A stretch of DNA of 64,000 nt from Nitrososphaera sp. (lineage in GTDB: Archaea; Thermoproteota; Nitrososphaeria; Nitrososphaerales; Nitrososphaeraceae), in the NCBI GenBank assembly GCA_045809625.1, contig JBJMEA010000049.1, positions 7,500-71,499 of the forward strand. The letters run 5' to 3'. The stretch's first letter is position 1. Each line of letters starts with the position of its first letter. The position numbers were made by a program, and so were the translations under genes. Positions 28,873 through 38,634 of the stretch are shown piece after piece. The notes under the pieces were generated by a model. That model was not told where the DNA came from and made no database searches. It saw only the letters and a program-made list of their open reading frames with translations.

Positions 28873-29974
28873 GCAGGGTTATGTCTGCATTTGATAACAC
28901 GAGTGTCTTGAAGTGCCTCCCATGCTTTTCTTGCAGCTTTTGCAAGATGTCCTTTGTGCCTGAGTAGGTGATAAAACCAAGTTTTGTCTTGGTGTAATAA
29001 TGCGGAAGAGTGGAGACAAGTCCCATCTGATATTTTGCCTGCATCTCTTCCATGAACAGCAAATGTTCAAGACCCTCAATGTATGGACTTACGTGCAGCT
29101 GCTCAGGCTTGAGTCGGCCTTCAATAAACATCTGGAGTGCTTTACTCCCAACTCCTTCGCGAGCTTCTGCAAGCAGTATCGCTGTACCACCTTCTTTGAT
29201 GATGTGAACAGCGTTCCAAAGTGAGTTGAGCGCAGTGCTCAGCGTTGAATGTGCACTGGCTTCTTCACTTGCACTTATTATGGCACATTTCACCGGGTCC
29301 ATCTCAATGGTAGAGATCGACTGAAGATGGTCAATTGCCTTGTCAAATGCTTCCTTGACGCTTCCAATATGGATACCTGTCACATTATTGCCATTGGCTA
29401 CTAGTTCAACAGATACTGCTGGTATGCTCTCGACTGCGGAGGTGGCAATTTTGAGAGGATCTCTTCTAACTCCAGGTGCCGGCATGTTGTCCTTTCTTGC
29501 CTTGAACGCCTCAATCATCTGATCCGCAAGCAAGTTGCGCAGTAAAGCAGTCGGTGCACCAGCAAATCCAAACAGTGGATCATACGCAACACTTGAAATA
29601 ATGATAGTGTTCTGGAACTTGGCTATTCGCTCATTCAATGCCTGGTAACCAATGCGATTAAGCGATGCTGCTCCAATATCTGTCAGGTTCGAGCGCAGAG
29701 TGCTTGCAATGTTTTGCGGAACATCGATTGTAACACTCAACCCCCTTATACGAGCCTCTTGTATAAGCATCGTTATAATCTTGGCTGCAGCCTTTGAGGC
29801 AGATAGCGCTAGAAGGAGCATTTTGTCAGTTAGAGGTGCATGGGATGTTAATTCTGTCTTGATATCTTGTTCCTGTGATGTCTGAAATGTGGAAGAGATC
29901 TGATTTGCCAAGTTTTCAAACTTGATATCAAGCACTATATCTGTAGTGCCATATCTCATCCAAATCTCAGGCAT
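28853..29974 (-). CDS. LarA-like (DUF2088 fold) protein, apparently lacking the nickel-pincer cofactor lysine motif
   Basis: The N-terminal YGTTDIVLDIKFENL, IISSVAYDPLFGFAGAPTALL and IKEGGTAILLAEAREGVGSKAL parallel my recalled LarA segments (LPYD..I...IDDEN, ISEGFIESHFFAGFSGGRKS, NKEGGTIIMVAGARDGHGG). The GGRK lysine region is replaced. Confidence 0.45.
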   Translation of the reverse strand: MPEIWMRYGTTDIVLDIKFENLANQISSTFQTSQEQDIKTELTSHAPLTDKMLLLALSASKAAAKIITMLIQEARIRGLSVTIDVPQNIASTLRSNLTDIGAASLNRIGYQALNERIAKFQNTIIISSVAYDPLFGFAGAPTALLRNLLADQMIEAFKARKDNMPAPGVRRDPLKIATSAVESIPAVSVELVANGNNVTGIHIGSVKEAFDKAIDHLQSISTIEMDPVKCAIISASEEASAHSTLSTALNSLWNAVHIIKEGGTAILLAEAREGVGSKALQMFIEGRLKPEQLHVSPYIEGLEHLLFMEEMQAKYQMGLVSTLPHYYTKTKLGFITYSGTKDILQKLQEKHGRHFKTLVLSNADITLLKPKAE

Positions 29975-30017
29975 AAAGTCCTTGTATTATGAAGGGTTAA
30001 AATAAATCCTTTTTTAC

Positions 30018-30662
30018 ATGTATGCTATGCCAATACCTGCCAAGGATTTTGTATTTCAGTTTGCATCATTCCTACTTAAGAGCAATTCTTTGAGGTTTGG
30101 TGTGTTTAGTCTTGCAAGCGGCAAGCAGAGTGCTTACTATGTCGATCTGAGAGTATTACCTAGCTTTCCTGGATATTTTAGGATGGGAATAAATGCATTG
30201 AAAGATGTCATAGTAGAAAAGGTAGGTCGGTTCGACGTCATTGCATCGGTGCCTACCTCTGGACTTGTGTTTGGTGCAGCCCTTGCCTATGAAATGAACA
30301 AACCATTCATTTATGTCAGAAAGGATCCTAAAGCCTATGGCACCAGCAAAATGATTGAGGGATTCTTAGACCCTGGCTCAAAAGTTATCATTGTAGACGA
30401 TGTTGCAACTACTGGTACTTCCCTTAGCAGCGCAGTCGAAATAATACGGGCTAACAGTGGTATTGTGGAACATGTGGTGGCACTTGTGAACCGTCACGAG
30501 GGAGCTGAAGGCAAATTAAAAAATATGGGAATAAAACTAAACTCAGTAATAGGTATACCCGACATTGTAAATGCTCTGTACAAGGCGAGCTTAATAGATG
30601 AAAATGCACTCGAGTCAGTATTGAAACAAATGGTTACCCAAGGCGAGTATGAGATAGACTAG
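30018..30662 (+). CDS. pyrE: orotate phosphoribosyltransferase
   Basis: LRFGVFSLASGKQSAYYVDLR and the PRPP loop VIIVDDVATTGTS. Confidence 0.9.
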   Translation: MYAMPIPAKDFVFQFASFLLKSNSLRFGVFSLASGKQSAYYVDLRVLPSFPGYFRMGINALKDVIVEKVGRFDVIASVPTSGLVFGAALAYEMNKPFIYVRKDPKAYGTSKMIEGFLDPGSKVIIVDDVATTGTSLSSAVEIIRANSGIVEHVVALVNRHEGAEGKLKNMGIKLNSVIGIPDIVNALYKASLIDENALESVLKQMVTQGEYEID

Positions 30663-31324
30663 CCCTCGTAGATCATTAGATTTTTCTCTTCTAAGAGTGC
30701 GTGTAGATTACCCACAGCTCTGTATACCTCACTTTCTTTCTTGGCGCCTGTACATACCAGCTTGCCTGATGCAAAGAGAAGTATGACAGTCTTGGGATCT
30801 AGCATTCTGTGGATAAGACCCGGGAACTGCTCAGGTTCGTACATACTCCTTGGCAGCACCCTTGCGGCAAGCTCCAAGTGGATCTTACCTCCGAGGCTTG
30901 CAGATGCCACTATATTTTGGATCTCAATTTGAGGTTCATGTTCAAGTGGTATCCCTCCCTTTTTAAGCTTCAAAACAACGCTCTTGACAGCCTGAATTGC
31001 CATCTTTTCTGATTTGGCCCCTGTACACACCATTTTGCCAGAGCTAAAGATTAAAGTCGCAGTCTTAGGTGACCTAAGCCTAAAAACCAAGCCTGGGAAC
31101 TGATCAGGATGATACTCCACATCTGGAAAGATCTGGGTGATGAGGTTTAGGTTGACAGTCTGGTTGACTGTGGCAGAAGCTACCACGTTCTCGATGCTTA
31201 CAATTGGCTTGGTCTGCGGCATATGGCCCTTTATAAAGGCGTTATATATATACCTGCTTGCTACATTCTTCATGTAAAGAAGAGACATTTGGGGCGTAGT
31301 TGAAATTTTGAACTTTATCTTCAC
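30659..31324 (-). CDS. tbp: TATA-box binding protein
   Basis: Two TBP repeats: IENVVASATV...YHPDQFPGLVFRL..PKTATLIFSSGKMVCTGAKS and IQNIVASASL...YEPEQFPGLIHRM..PKTVILLFASGKLVCTGAKK. The ORF is open to a GTG at 31324. The ATG at 31222 gives a canonical 187-aa TBP and lies about 25 nt downstream of a TATATATATAA box. Confidence 0.9.
   Translation of the reverse strand: MKIKFKISTTPQMSLLYMKNVASRYIYNAFIKGHMPQTKPIVSIENVVASATVNQTVNLNLITQIFPDVEYHPDQFPGLVFRLRSPKTATLIFSSGKMVCTGAKSEKMAIQAVKSVVLKLKKGGIPLEHEPQIEIQNIVASASLGGKIHLELAARVLPRSMYEPEQFPGLIHRMLDPKTVILLFASGKLVCTGAKKESEVYRAVGNLHALLEEKNLMIYEG
31242..31252 (-). promoter_or_regulatory. TATA box candidate for a leaderless tbp transcript
   Basis: The minus-strand sequence TATATATATAA is centred about 25 nt upstream of the ATG at 31222. 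This is the archaeal TATA-to-TSS distance, so it implies a leaderless mRNA. Confidence 0.4.
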
Positions 31325-31353
31325 AGACTTGTAAGTTTCCCTATCTGTTGGGG

Positions 31354-31770
31354 TTATTCTCCAATTATCTTTACTAGTACTCGCTTTTGCCGCTGGCCGT
31401 CAAACTCGCCATAAAAAATCTGCTCCCATGGTCCGAAATCAAGCTTGCCTTTTGTTATAGCTGCTACTACCTCTCGTCCCATTACCTGTCGCTTAATATG
31501 AGCGTCAGCATTATCCTCTCCGGTACGATTGTGTAGATAGCTTTGAGGAGAATAGGGTACAATGTTTTCAAGCCATTTATCAAAATCCTGATGCAAACCA
31601 CTTTCGTCATCATTTATGAAGACACTTGCGGAGATATGCATTGCGTTGACAAGGCAGAGGCCCTCTTTGACATCACTATCTGTCACTATCTTTGAAACTT
31701 GTGGTGTAATGTTGATAAATGCTCGTCTATTTGGGGTGTTAAAGACGAGATATTCAGTCATGAACTTCAT
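31354..31770 (-). CDS. YjbQ/UPF0047 family protein (secondary thiamine-phosphate synthase-like)
   Basis: 138 aa with [27 protein letters not shown] ... [15 protein letters not shown] ... [17 protein letters not shown], the conserved YjbQ pattern. Confidence 0.8.
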   Translation of the reverse strand: MKFMTEYLVFNTPNRRAFINITPQVSKIVTDSDVKEGLCLVNAMHISASVFINDDESGLHQDFDKWLENIVPYSPQSYLHNRTGEDNADAHIKRQVMGREVVAAITKGKLDFGPWEQIFYGEFDGQRQKRVLVKIIGE

Positions 31771-32351
31771 ATCGGTGGCTTGTCTGAACTATCTGCCTTG
31801 ACAGATGCAGCGTTCTTGTCATTACTCTTTTTACCTAGCCTGTTAAAGAACAAAATCGCAAGAATGATTGCAATTATGATATAGTTGACAGGCGGACTGA
31901 TCACTTTTGTTATTATACCAATACCTGGCAGGACATAGATCACTTTGCCAATGTAATTGTCTTGCCTGATCGGGTAGTCGGTACCTGGTATCGATGCAGG
32001 ATTGGCGTCTCCTCTTGTCCTAACTATTCTTGCGCCATCTGCATCAATAACGATATCAGCTATACGGTGGACTATGACTCTGTCACTGCCCACCGGCCTG
32101 TTGAATACAATGATATCACCTATCTTAAGGTTCTGCCAAGATCCGCCATCTCTTACAATAAGAACATCATTGACTTTGAGCACTGGCTCCATGCTACCGC
32201 TTGAGACAACATAAAACGGGTTAGCCCCAAAAGCCACCCAAATGCCGACCCAAACTATAAGAACGCCGGCGCCAATAATTATAACATCCTTGACGGCAAC
32301 AGGCAGCCTAGACTTATCTTTATCCAACAATGGAGAAAGTAATCGTGCCAC
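31767..32351 (-). CDS. signal peptidase I, archaeal/eukaryal Sec11 (S26B) type
   Basis: N-terminal TM, then [16 protein letters not shown] (catalytic Ser box), VIVHRI (His box) and RGDAN. Overlaps the downstream yjbQ-like gene by 4 nt. Confidence 0.8.
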   Translation of the reverse strand: MARLLSPLLDKDKSRLPVAVKDVIIIGAGVLIVWVGIWVAFGANPFYVVSSGSMEPVLKVNDVLIVRDGGSWQNLKIGDIIVFNRPVGSDRVIVHRIADIVIDADGARIVRTRGDANPASIPGTDYPIRQDNYIGKVIYVLPGIGIITKVISPPVNYIIIAIILAILFFNRLGKKSNDKNAASVKADSSDKPPI

Positions 32352-32373
32352 TCGTTAGATAAACTTTTACACT

Positions 32374-32667
32374 CTAACGCATCTCAAATTCTTCCATTAT
32401 GGACATGCGAAGGCGCGGCATCTCAGACATCATTATTGACAAAATGTCTATGATTTCATCCTTGTCTGGCTGTCTCTTATTTGCATTCTGGAACTGTGCG
32501 ATAAAATTACCCATAACCATCCCCGAAAGGAGACCATATGCAAAATCTTCTATGTTGCCTTGATTTGGTATCATCTTGCGCGCAAGCCCTATTGGTACCC
32601 TTGGATCGTGGGCTGTTGCCTTGATTAGCGACTCCATCTTCTTCCTATCGCTGTCTGTCAAACCCAT
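32374..32667 (-). CDS. hypothetical small protein
   Basis: 97-aa ORF 22 nt upstream of the signal peptidase gene on the same strand. No known motif. Confidence 0.5.
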   Translation of the reverse strand: MGLTDSDRKKMESLIKATAHDPRVPIGLARKMIPNQGNIEDFAYGLLSGMVMGNFIAQFQNANKRQPDKDEIIDILSIMMSEMPRLRMSIMEEFEMR

Positions 32668-32739
32668 TATGCAGTACCATTGTGCTTGCCGTTAATAATG
32701 CTAACATTTTTTATCAGCTAATTGTGGTAGGTTCTTAAA

Positions 32740-34026
32740 ATGGAAAATAACACCTGCTCAGTAGTACTATTGGAACTTGGTATAGCTGCATTTGACCAAG
32801 CTGGTAGTCTCATAGCATCAAAAAAATTCGATAACGCTATCCGGTCTTATAGGCTGCTCAGGAGCGGCGTAACCCTTGATGAAATAAGAGGGTTTATTGA
32901 AAGATTGCGTTCGTTTGAGCCTGTATCAACAAATGATGCAAGCATTGTTTCTGTATTAAGACAGGTTGGCTTGAATAGTCATCTGATGCCAGAGGACCAA
33001 CAACAGAATATCCAAAACAGCAAGCCCGCTCTTATGGTAAAGGCTGACTTTGCCGACAATGAACAAGATGCGATGCAAGCACTCCGAGAGTTTGCAATAA
33101 ACCTGTCCTCATCAAGAGTAAAGGAGGCATCTGAGAAGCTTGACCTTCATATCATTCAGTCCATCAACGCACTAGACGAACTTGACAAGATAATCAATAC
33201 GGTAGGAGCAAGAATGAGAGAATGGTATGGGCTCCACTTCCCAGAACTTGACAATCTTGTCTCAAGTCTTGTTGTGTACGCTCAGATAGTGAGCAAAGCA
33301 GGTCTGCGAGACAATATCATCGTAGAAGTTTTACAAAGCATTGGCTTACCTGAGAAAAAGATCGAAGTTATACTTGATGCAGCAAAGCGCAGTAAAGGTG
33401 GCGATATGACTCCCGAAAACTTGGCAATTGTAAAGCGGCTTGCAGACGAAGTCGTTGCCCAGTCCGATCTGCGCAGAGTTCTTGCAGACCATATTGAAGT
33501 CGCAATGGAAACCGTAGCGCCAAATGTCAAAGAATTACTAACCGCAGCAGTTGGTGCAAGGCTAATTTCAAAAGCCGGCAGTTTGGCCCGACTTGCCACC
33601 TTGCCTGCAAGCACAATTCAGATACTGGGTGCCGAAAAAGCGCTTTTCCGTGCACTTAAGACAGGTGCTAGGCCTCCGAAACATGGGTTGTTGTTCCAAC
33701 ATCCTCTCATCCATTCTGCACCCAAGTGGCAGCGAGGCAAGATAGCGAGAGCTGTTGCTTCAAAAGTCGCGATAGCTGCAAGGATCGACTATTACCGCCA
33801 TAACGGTAAGGACAATACTGTTTATGGTAAGCTGAAAATCCGTATCGATGAAATACGAGAGAAATATCGAGAGCCAATGCCTGAAAAGGAGCGGGATAGA
33901 AAATACAGGGAGCACATCCAACGTCAGCAATCATTTAGAGCAGGCCGTGATGTGACAAGAGATAAACATGATAAGAGAAAGAAAAAGGATAGAAGCAAGA
34001 GATTTGGAAAGCGACGACGCTATTAA
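32740..34026 (+). CDS. nop5: C/D box sRNP protein Nop5 (Nop56/58)
   Basis: Nop domain AGSLARLATLPASTIQILGAEKALFRALKTGARPPKHGLLFQHPLI, a coiled-coil middle region and a basic KKE-like tail. The classic nop5-fibrillarin gene pair. Confidence 0.9.
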   Translation: MENNTCSVVLLELGIAAFDQAGSLIASKKFDNAIRSYRLLRSGVTLDEIRGFIERLRSFEPVSTNDASIVSVLRQVGLNSHLMPEDQQQNIQNSKPALMVKADFADNEQDAMQALREFAINLSSSRVKEASEKLDLHIIQSINALDELDKIINTVGARMREWYGLHFPELDNLVSSLVVYAQIVSKAGLRDNIIVEVLQSIGLPEKKIEVILDAAKRSKGGDMTPENLAIVKRLADEVVAQSDLRRVLADHIEVAMETVAPNVKELLTAAVGARLISKAGSLARLATLPASTIQILGAEKALFRALKTGARPPKHGLLFQHPLIHSAPKWQRGKIARAVASKVAIAARIDYYRHNGKDNTVYGKLKIRIDEIREKYREPMPEKERDRKYREHIQRQQSFRAGRDVTRDKHDKRKKKDRSKRFGKRRRY

Positions 34027-34678
34027 ATGGATATCAATAAACGGTGCGAAAAATGCTGCCACTCTCAATCTTGTAAAGGGAGACAATGTCTATGGAGAAA
34101 AGCTAGTAAAACATGAGGGAGAGGAATATCGGATTTGGGATCCTTTCAGAAGCAAGCTTGCAGCTGCCCTCAAAAAGGGAATGAAAAATATGCCAATAAA
34201 GAATGGCAGTAAAGTACTATATCTTGGAGCATCCACTGGGACAACTGTGAGCCATATATCTGATATCATAGGATTATCCGGTATAGTATTTGCGGTTGAG
34301 CCAGCGACAAGGGTTGCAAGAGAACTTATTGAAAATGTTGCTTCAAAGCGCAAGAATGTGACCCCTATACTTGAGGATGCCCGTAAACCTCATTCGTATT
34401 TTGCAGTATATGGCAAAATAGATGTCATCTATTGTGACATTGCGCAGCCTGACCAAACGGATATTGCGATTGCAAATTGCTCAATGTATTTAAAGATAGG
34501 AGGGATAATGCTGTTGGTAGTCAAGACAAGGAGCATCGATGTAACACTGGATCCTCGAATAGTTGTGACGCAGGAGGCTAGTAAACTGAAAAGGCACGGT
34601 TTTCACATAGATCAGGTAATTAACCTTGAACCTTTTGACAAAGACCATGGCATGATATATTGCATCTACAAGCCTTAG
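33968..34678 (+). CDS. flpA: fibrillarin (rRNA/tRNA 2'-O-methyltransferase)
   Basis: VYGEKLV..EGEEYRIWDPFRSKLAAAL, VLYLGASTGTTVSHISDI, VEPATRVAREL, ILEDARKP, DIAQPDQ. The start is uncertain: the ATG at 33968 overlaps the nop5 tail by 59 nt, and an in-frame TTG at 34004 is an alternative. Confidence 0.9.
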   Translation: MIRERKRIEARDLESDDAIKWISINGAKNAATLNLVKGDNVYGEKLVKHEGEEYRIWDPFRSKLAAALKKGMKNMPIKNGSKVLYLGASTGTTVSHISDIIGLSGIVFAVEPATRVARELIENVASKRKNVTPILEDARKPHSYFAVYGKIDVIYCDIAQPDQTDIAIANCSMYLKIGGIMLLVVKTRSIDVTLDPRIVVTQEASKLKRHGFHIDQVINLEPFDKDHGMIYCIYKP

Positions 34679-35336
34679 AGCTTCGCTGGCTTGCTTCATC
34701 AAGCATAACACGAAGGGGCTTCCATGACTTTCTTGTAAACTCTGGAGCAGAGCCATTCTTGGCTACCCAGTCTTGGATAAAACGCATTGTGCGCTCATCT
34801 GAGGGATAGCCACTGCCTATGCTTCCATACCTCTTGCATATATTCTGGATCTCTTGATCTCTCGTTACCTTGGCAATTATAGATGCAGCTGAAACGACCA
34901 TATTAATTATATCTGCATGGTGCAGTGAGTATAACCTTGGCTTGCATGTAAGGTGACATTCCATATACTCACTGTATCTCTGCGGATTAACATCGCAGCA
35001 ATCAACGTATACCTCTTCAACCTCAATAGTGTTAATCACAGTTGCCATAGTCTTTGCTTCGAGCTTGTTGAGTCCCTTAAATAACACGCTACCATCAACT
35101 TCGACAGGGTCTATTTTATGGATGCAGACGGAATCAACAACCTTCATTATTTCGTCAAAAAGCCTAGCGCGGGCCTTGGGGTTTAAGGCCTTCGAGTCCT
35201 TGACGCCCATCTTGCGCAAAAGAGCAATCTTTGACTTGCGTATACCAATACCTGCAACGACAAGGGGTCCAACTATGGATCCGCGGCCAGCTTCATCAAC
35301 TCCGCCAACTAGAATGCTCTTATCACGCCATAGCAA
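34620..35336 (-). CDS. rnhB: ribonuclease HII
   Basis: GVDEAGRGSIVGPLVVAG (DEAGRG catalytic motif), DSK, HHADIINMVVSAASIIAKV, GSGYPSD. A ~30-aa Cys-rich C-terminal tail overlaps the fibrillarin 3' end. Confidence 0.9.
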   Translation of the reverse strand: MLWRDKSILVGGVDEAGRGSIVGPLVVAGIGIRKSKIALLRKMGVKDSKALNPKARARLFDEIMKVVDSVCIHKIDPVEVDGSVLFKGLNKLEAKTMATVINTIEVEEVYVDCCDVNPQRYSEYMECHLTCKPRLYSLHHADIINMVVSAASIIAKVTRDQEIQNICKRYGSIGSGYPSDERTMRFIQDWVAKNGSAPEFTRKSWKPLRVMLDEASQRSSKACRCNISCHGLCQKVQG

Positions 35337-35448
35337 TATTGTCGACTGCTGTACTTATTTGTGGACATTTATATCATTACCGTGCTAATAAACTGGAAAT
35401 ATAGTTTCTTCTGCTGTTATAAATAGCATATTATTGTAAAGCTAGTAT

Positions 35449-36585
35449 GTGGCAGAATTTGTCAAGACAATTGAGGGTAGAACTATACTTCTGGTTCCAA
35501 AATCCTCTCTCGCTGCGAAAGTTCCTCCTAAAATGCCTGCTTTCTTCAATCCAGCTGCCAGGTTTAATCGCGACCTATCAATAGTAGCCTATAGGGCATT
35601 TGCAGTATCGTCTGGAAAAAAGACATTTGCGGATTCATTCACTGGCGTTGGAGCGCGTGCTCTCAGGGTTGCAGTAGAGATCCCTGAAATAGAACAGGTT
35701 TATTGCAACGATATTAACTATGTTGGGATAGAAGCTGCTAAAAATGCTGCCCTGCTTAATTCTGTAGGTTGCCGATGCTATTTCTCTGTCGACGATGTAT
35801 GCAAATTCCTTCTAAGAGGCAACAAAGATGGTGATCGCTATTCCATAGTTGATCTAGATCCCTTTGGCACTCCTGCTAGGCATATAGACTGTGTACTACG
35901 ATCTGTATTAGACGACGGCCTTGTATCAATAACTGCGACAGATACTGCAGTCTTGTGTGGAGTTTACCCTAAGGTATGCATGCGGCGCTACTATGGCAGG
36001 CCACTTAACAATACCTATGGCAATGAAACTGCAATACGTCTGATGCTTTCTCTTATTGCATTAACAGCGTCACGACTTGAACTCTCAATCCATCCTGTAT
36101 TCGTACATGCTACGAAGCACTACCTTAGAGTGTATGCAAAGATATCTGTCAATAGTAGTCAAGCAAATGAAGTTTACAATAGCATAGGTTATATAATGCA
36201 CTGCTTTCGCTGTGGTCATCGTTTCAATACTGAAGAATATGAAAAAGGCAAATGCGACCTATGCAATACTGGCTTGACCGTAGGCGGTCAACTATGGACC
36301 GGGTCACTATATGACAAAGAATTTGTTAAGAAAATGTTAGAACAAAGCCCTGATAAACCGTGCAAAAAGGTGCTTGAAGCAGCGATGGAAGAGGCAAGCG
36401 AAATACCGTATTACTTCAGGGCTGACGAAATTGCATCAAAGCTCAGATCAAACACACTTTCCGTTCCCAGGATAATCGAAAAATTACATACTGCCGGCTT
36501 TGTTGCTTCAAAGACTGCATTGAGTACTAATGCATTCAAGACTGATGCAAGGCTTGACTCAATTCTTGATATCTTATCTAGATAG
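35449..36585 (+). CDS. trm1: tRNA (guanine26-N2)-dimethyltransferase Trm1
   Basis: FFNPAARFNRDLSIVAY, GVGARALR, DLDPFGTP and a C-terminal Cys cluster CFRCGH...CDLCN. GTG start. Confidence 0.9.
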   Translation: MAEFVKTIEGRTILLVPKSSLAAKVPPKMPAFFNPAARFNRDLSIVAYRAFAVSSGKKTFADSFTGVGARALRVAVEIPEIEQVYCNDINYVGIEAAKNAALLNSVGCRCYFSVDDVCKFLLRGNKDGDRYSIVDLDPFGTPARHIDCVLRSVLDDGLVSITATDTAVLCGVYPKVCMRRYYGRPLNNTYGNETAIRLMLSLIALTASRLELSIHPVFVHATKHYLRVYAKISVNSSQANEVYNSIGYIMHCFRCGHRFNTEEYEKGKCDLCNTGLTVGGQLWTGSLYDKEFVKKMLEQSPDKPCKKVLEAAMEEASEIPYYFRADEIASKLRSNTLSVPRIIEKLHTAGFVASKTALSTNAFKTDARLDSILDILSR

Positions 36586-37066
36586 GCATTGCATTTATCG
36601 AGCTGTTTACATAGCTTTGCCATTCTTGCTTTAGGGCATTTAGTTTCAGATTGGAATTAGGCATTGCTTCATTCTCCTCAATTATTGTTTGCATCTGATC
36701 AAGATATATCAGAAAGCCGTCTAGGGCATTAGTATAGAAGTCATAGCTTTGTTGCCATTCTTGAGCCGGTGAGGCATCATCAAGCTGCTGTCGCATATTC
36801 TGTATGTCTGAGCGATCATGGCTTATTTGGCTCAGTATATCGCTAGAGGTTCTTTCTCCATTTTTCCATTGCTTAAACTTTGATTCAATGTTGGTCTCAA
36901 GACTCTGGTGCCTAGAATATACATCAGAAATAATTTCGTTGTCGTCACGCAAAACATTAGTCATGTTGCCAGGGCTATTTTGTGGTATAATCCATATCAA
37001 AAAACTTGATCCAACTACTGCTGTTGCAATGACTGCTGTTATGGCTATGCCCTTCTTGCTGGCCAA
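36578..37066 (-). CDS. hypothetical membrane-anchored protein (single N-terminal TM, helical ectodomain)
   Basis: 162 aa. IAITAVIATAVVGSSFLIWII is a signal-anchor segment; the rest is Gln/Asp-rich and helical. Confidence 0.5.
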   Translation of the reverse strand: MASKKGIAITAVIATAVVGSSFLIWIIPQNSPGNMTNVLRDDNEIISDVYSRHQSLETNIESKFKQWKNGERTSSDILSQISHDRSDIQNMRQQLDDASPAQEWQQSYDFYTNALDGFLIYLDQMQTIIEENEAMPNSNLKLNALKQEWQSYVNSSINAMPI

Positions 37067-37138
37067 ACCAGCATAACTCTAGTTTGCTCTAATAAAAAGG
37101 ATATCAACATATACCCAAGTATCTCAGACATCGTAAAT

Positions 37139-37975
37139 ATGAGTGCAGGTGAACAGAATCCATCCAATAGAGGCAAGATAAACTATTACAAGAATCTGAC
37201 TCCAGATCTCGCCATATTTAGAGTACAACCAGCCGATGGACAACCTGTGCCCGACTTTGAGGCTGGGCAATTTGTTGCGCTTGGACTCAAACCAGATGGT
37301 GATAGCAATATAATATACAGACCCTTCTCGATATCGTCGGCCCCTGAAGAAAAGAGATACTTTGAGTTTTACATCAAGTCTGCATCAGAATATTTAATGA
37401 GTAAATTTACAAGAACCCTTTTCAAAATGTCTGAAGGTGATATCCTTTACTGGCGCAATCCTGCAGGTACATTTACCATCGAGGACGAGAAGGCCGATGG
37501 AACTCCAGATACAAGACGACTAGTATTGGTTGCTTCAGGAACGGGTCTTGCGCCTTTTGTTAGTTATATCCTACATTTAAAAAGTATTAATTCAAAAAGA
37601 GAGGTAGTACTGCTTCATGGAGCAAAATATGTTCAGGAGCTTGGTTATTTCGACATGTTTGAGAATATCTCTGCAAACGATCCAAATTTCAAATACTTGA
37701 CGACAATAAGCAGACCTGAACATGATCTGTCACGTGAATGGAAGGGGAATGTAGGTAGAGTGGAGACATTACTTGTCGACAAAGACGGTAGCAAATCTCA
37801 ACTTGAAAAAGCAGTTGGCGAAAGAGTTACACCAGAAAACTCGTTCGTTCATATATGCGGCTACGCTGGAACAATCCATGTAGTCATTTCGATCCTAGAT
37901 CCGCTTGGGTTTGTCACCAATCGCAATAAGCGCAAGGATGGATCATTTGACATTAAGATTGAAACCTACATCTAA
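37139..37975 (+). CDS. ferredoxin-NADP+ reductase family flavoprotein (FPR-like)
   Basis: RPFSISS (RxYS FAD motif), a GQFV.L barrel segment, VLVASGTGLAPF (NAD(P)-binding) and CGYAG near the C-terminus. Confidence 0.8.
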   Translation: MSAGEQNPSNRGKINYYKNLTPDLAIFRVQPADGQPVPDFEAGQFVALGLKPDGDSNIIYRPFSISSAPEEKRYFEFYIKSASEYLMSKFTRTLFKMSEGDILYWRNPAGTFTIEDEKADGTPDTRRLVLVASGTGLAPFVSYILHLKSINSKREVVLLHGAKYVQELGYFDMFENISANDPNFKYLTTISRPEHDLSREWKGNVGRVETLLVDKDGSKSQLEKAVGERVTPENSFVHICGYAGTIHVVISILDPLGFVTNRNKRKDGSFDIKIETYI

Positions 37976-38019
37976 TGATAACAAAACCCTCATTATACTG
38001 AGCTGCCAAATAGCGATAG

Positions 38020-38325
38020 TTGTCATATTATGCAGCCAGAACTGTGCGCTACCAAGGATCAATGATGGTGGACATCTGCGATATTGACTTAATTGGAACA
38101 AGGCTGGAGCAAGATGGGCTTGTTGTCCACCTTACAAAGGAATATTATCAACAGGAGGTAATTGAGGAGATGCATGCACGTGAGCTTCTTCAGAAATGCG
38201 ACATTGCAAATCTTGTAGGTAATAGGATAATAAAACAGGCAATTGAGATGAAGCTAGCAAAGGAAGTTAGCATAAGAATAATTGCAGACATACCTTTTCT
38301 CATGATCTACAAATTTCGTCACTGA
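38020..38325 (+). CDS. DUF424 family protein
   Basis: VDICDIDLIGTRLEQDGLVVHLTKEYYQQEVI...ANLVGNRIIKQAIEMKL follows the conserved DUF424 pattern (aaCD..LlGk...eg...l.v...FY.g). About 90-100 aa. Confidence 0.7.
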   Translation: MSYYAARTVRYQGSMMVDICDIDLIGTRLEQDGLVVHLTKEYYQQEVIEEMHARELLQKCDIANLVGNRIIKQAIEMKLAKEVSIRIIADIPFLMIYKFRH

Positions 38326-38634
38326 TAAAAGATCCCTCGTCAACAAATTAGTGTCATTAATAATGTTCTAATGCCTAGAATGTAGTTCTAGGTTGCAGTT
38401 ATTATTTTTGTTCTAATTTGCTTTCACTTATCTCTATTCTAAATCCCAAATAGTGGCAATTGCATCAGATTTTATCCTTGAGGAGTTTTCTCTGTCTTCT
38501 GCACAATTACTGAACCCTTAGCCTAAATTGATATTGTATATGCGGCTATGTTATAATATGATAATTTATGTCTAGTTCAAAATCTTTACTGCCTCGCATT
38601 ATACATATAACAAAAGAGCTCTAACATTTGTATA

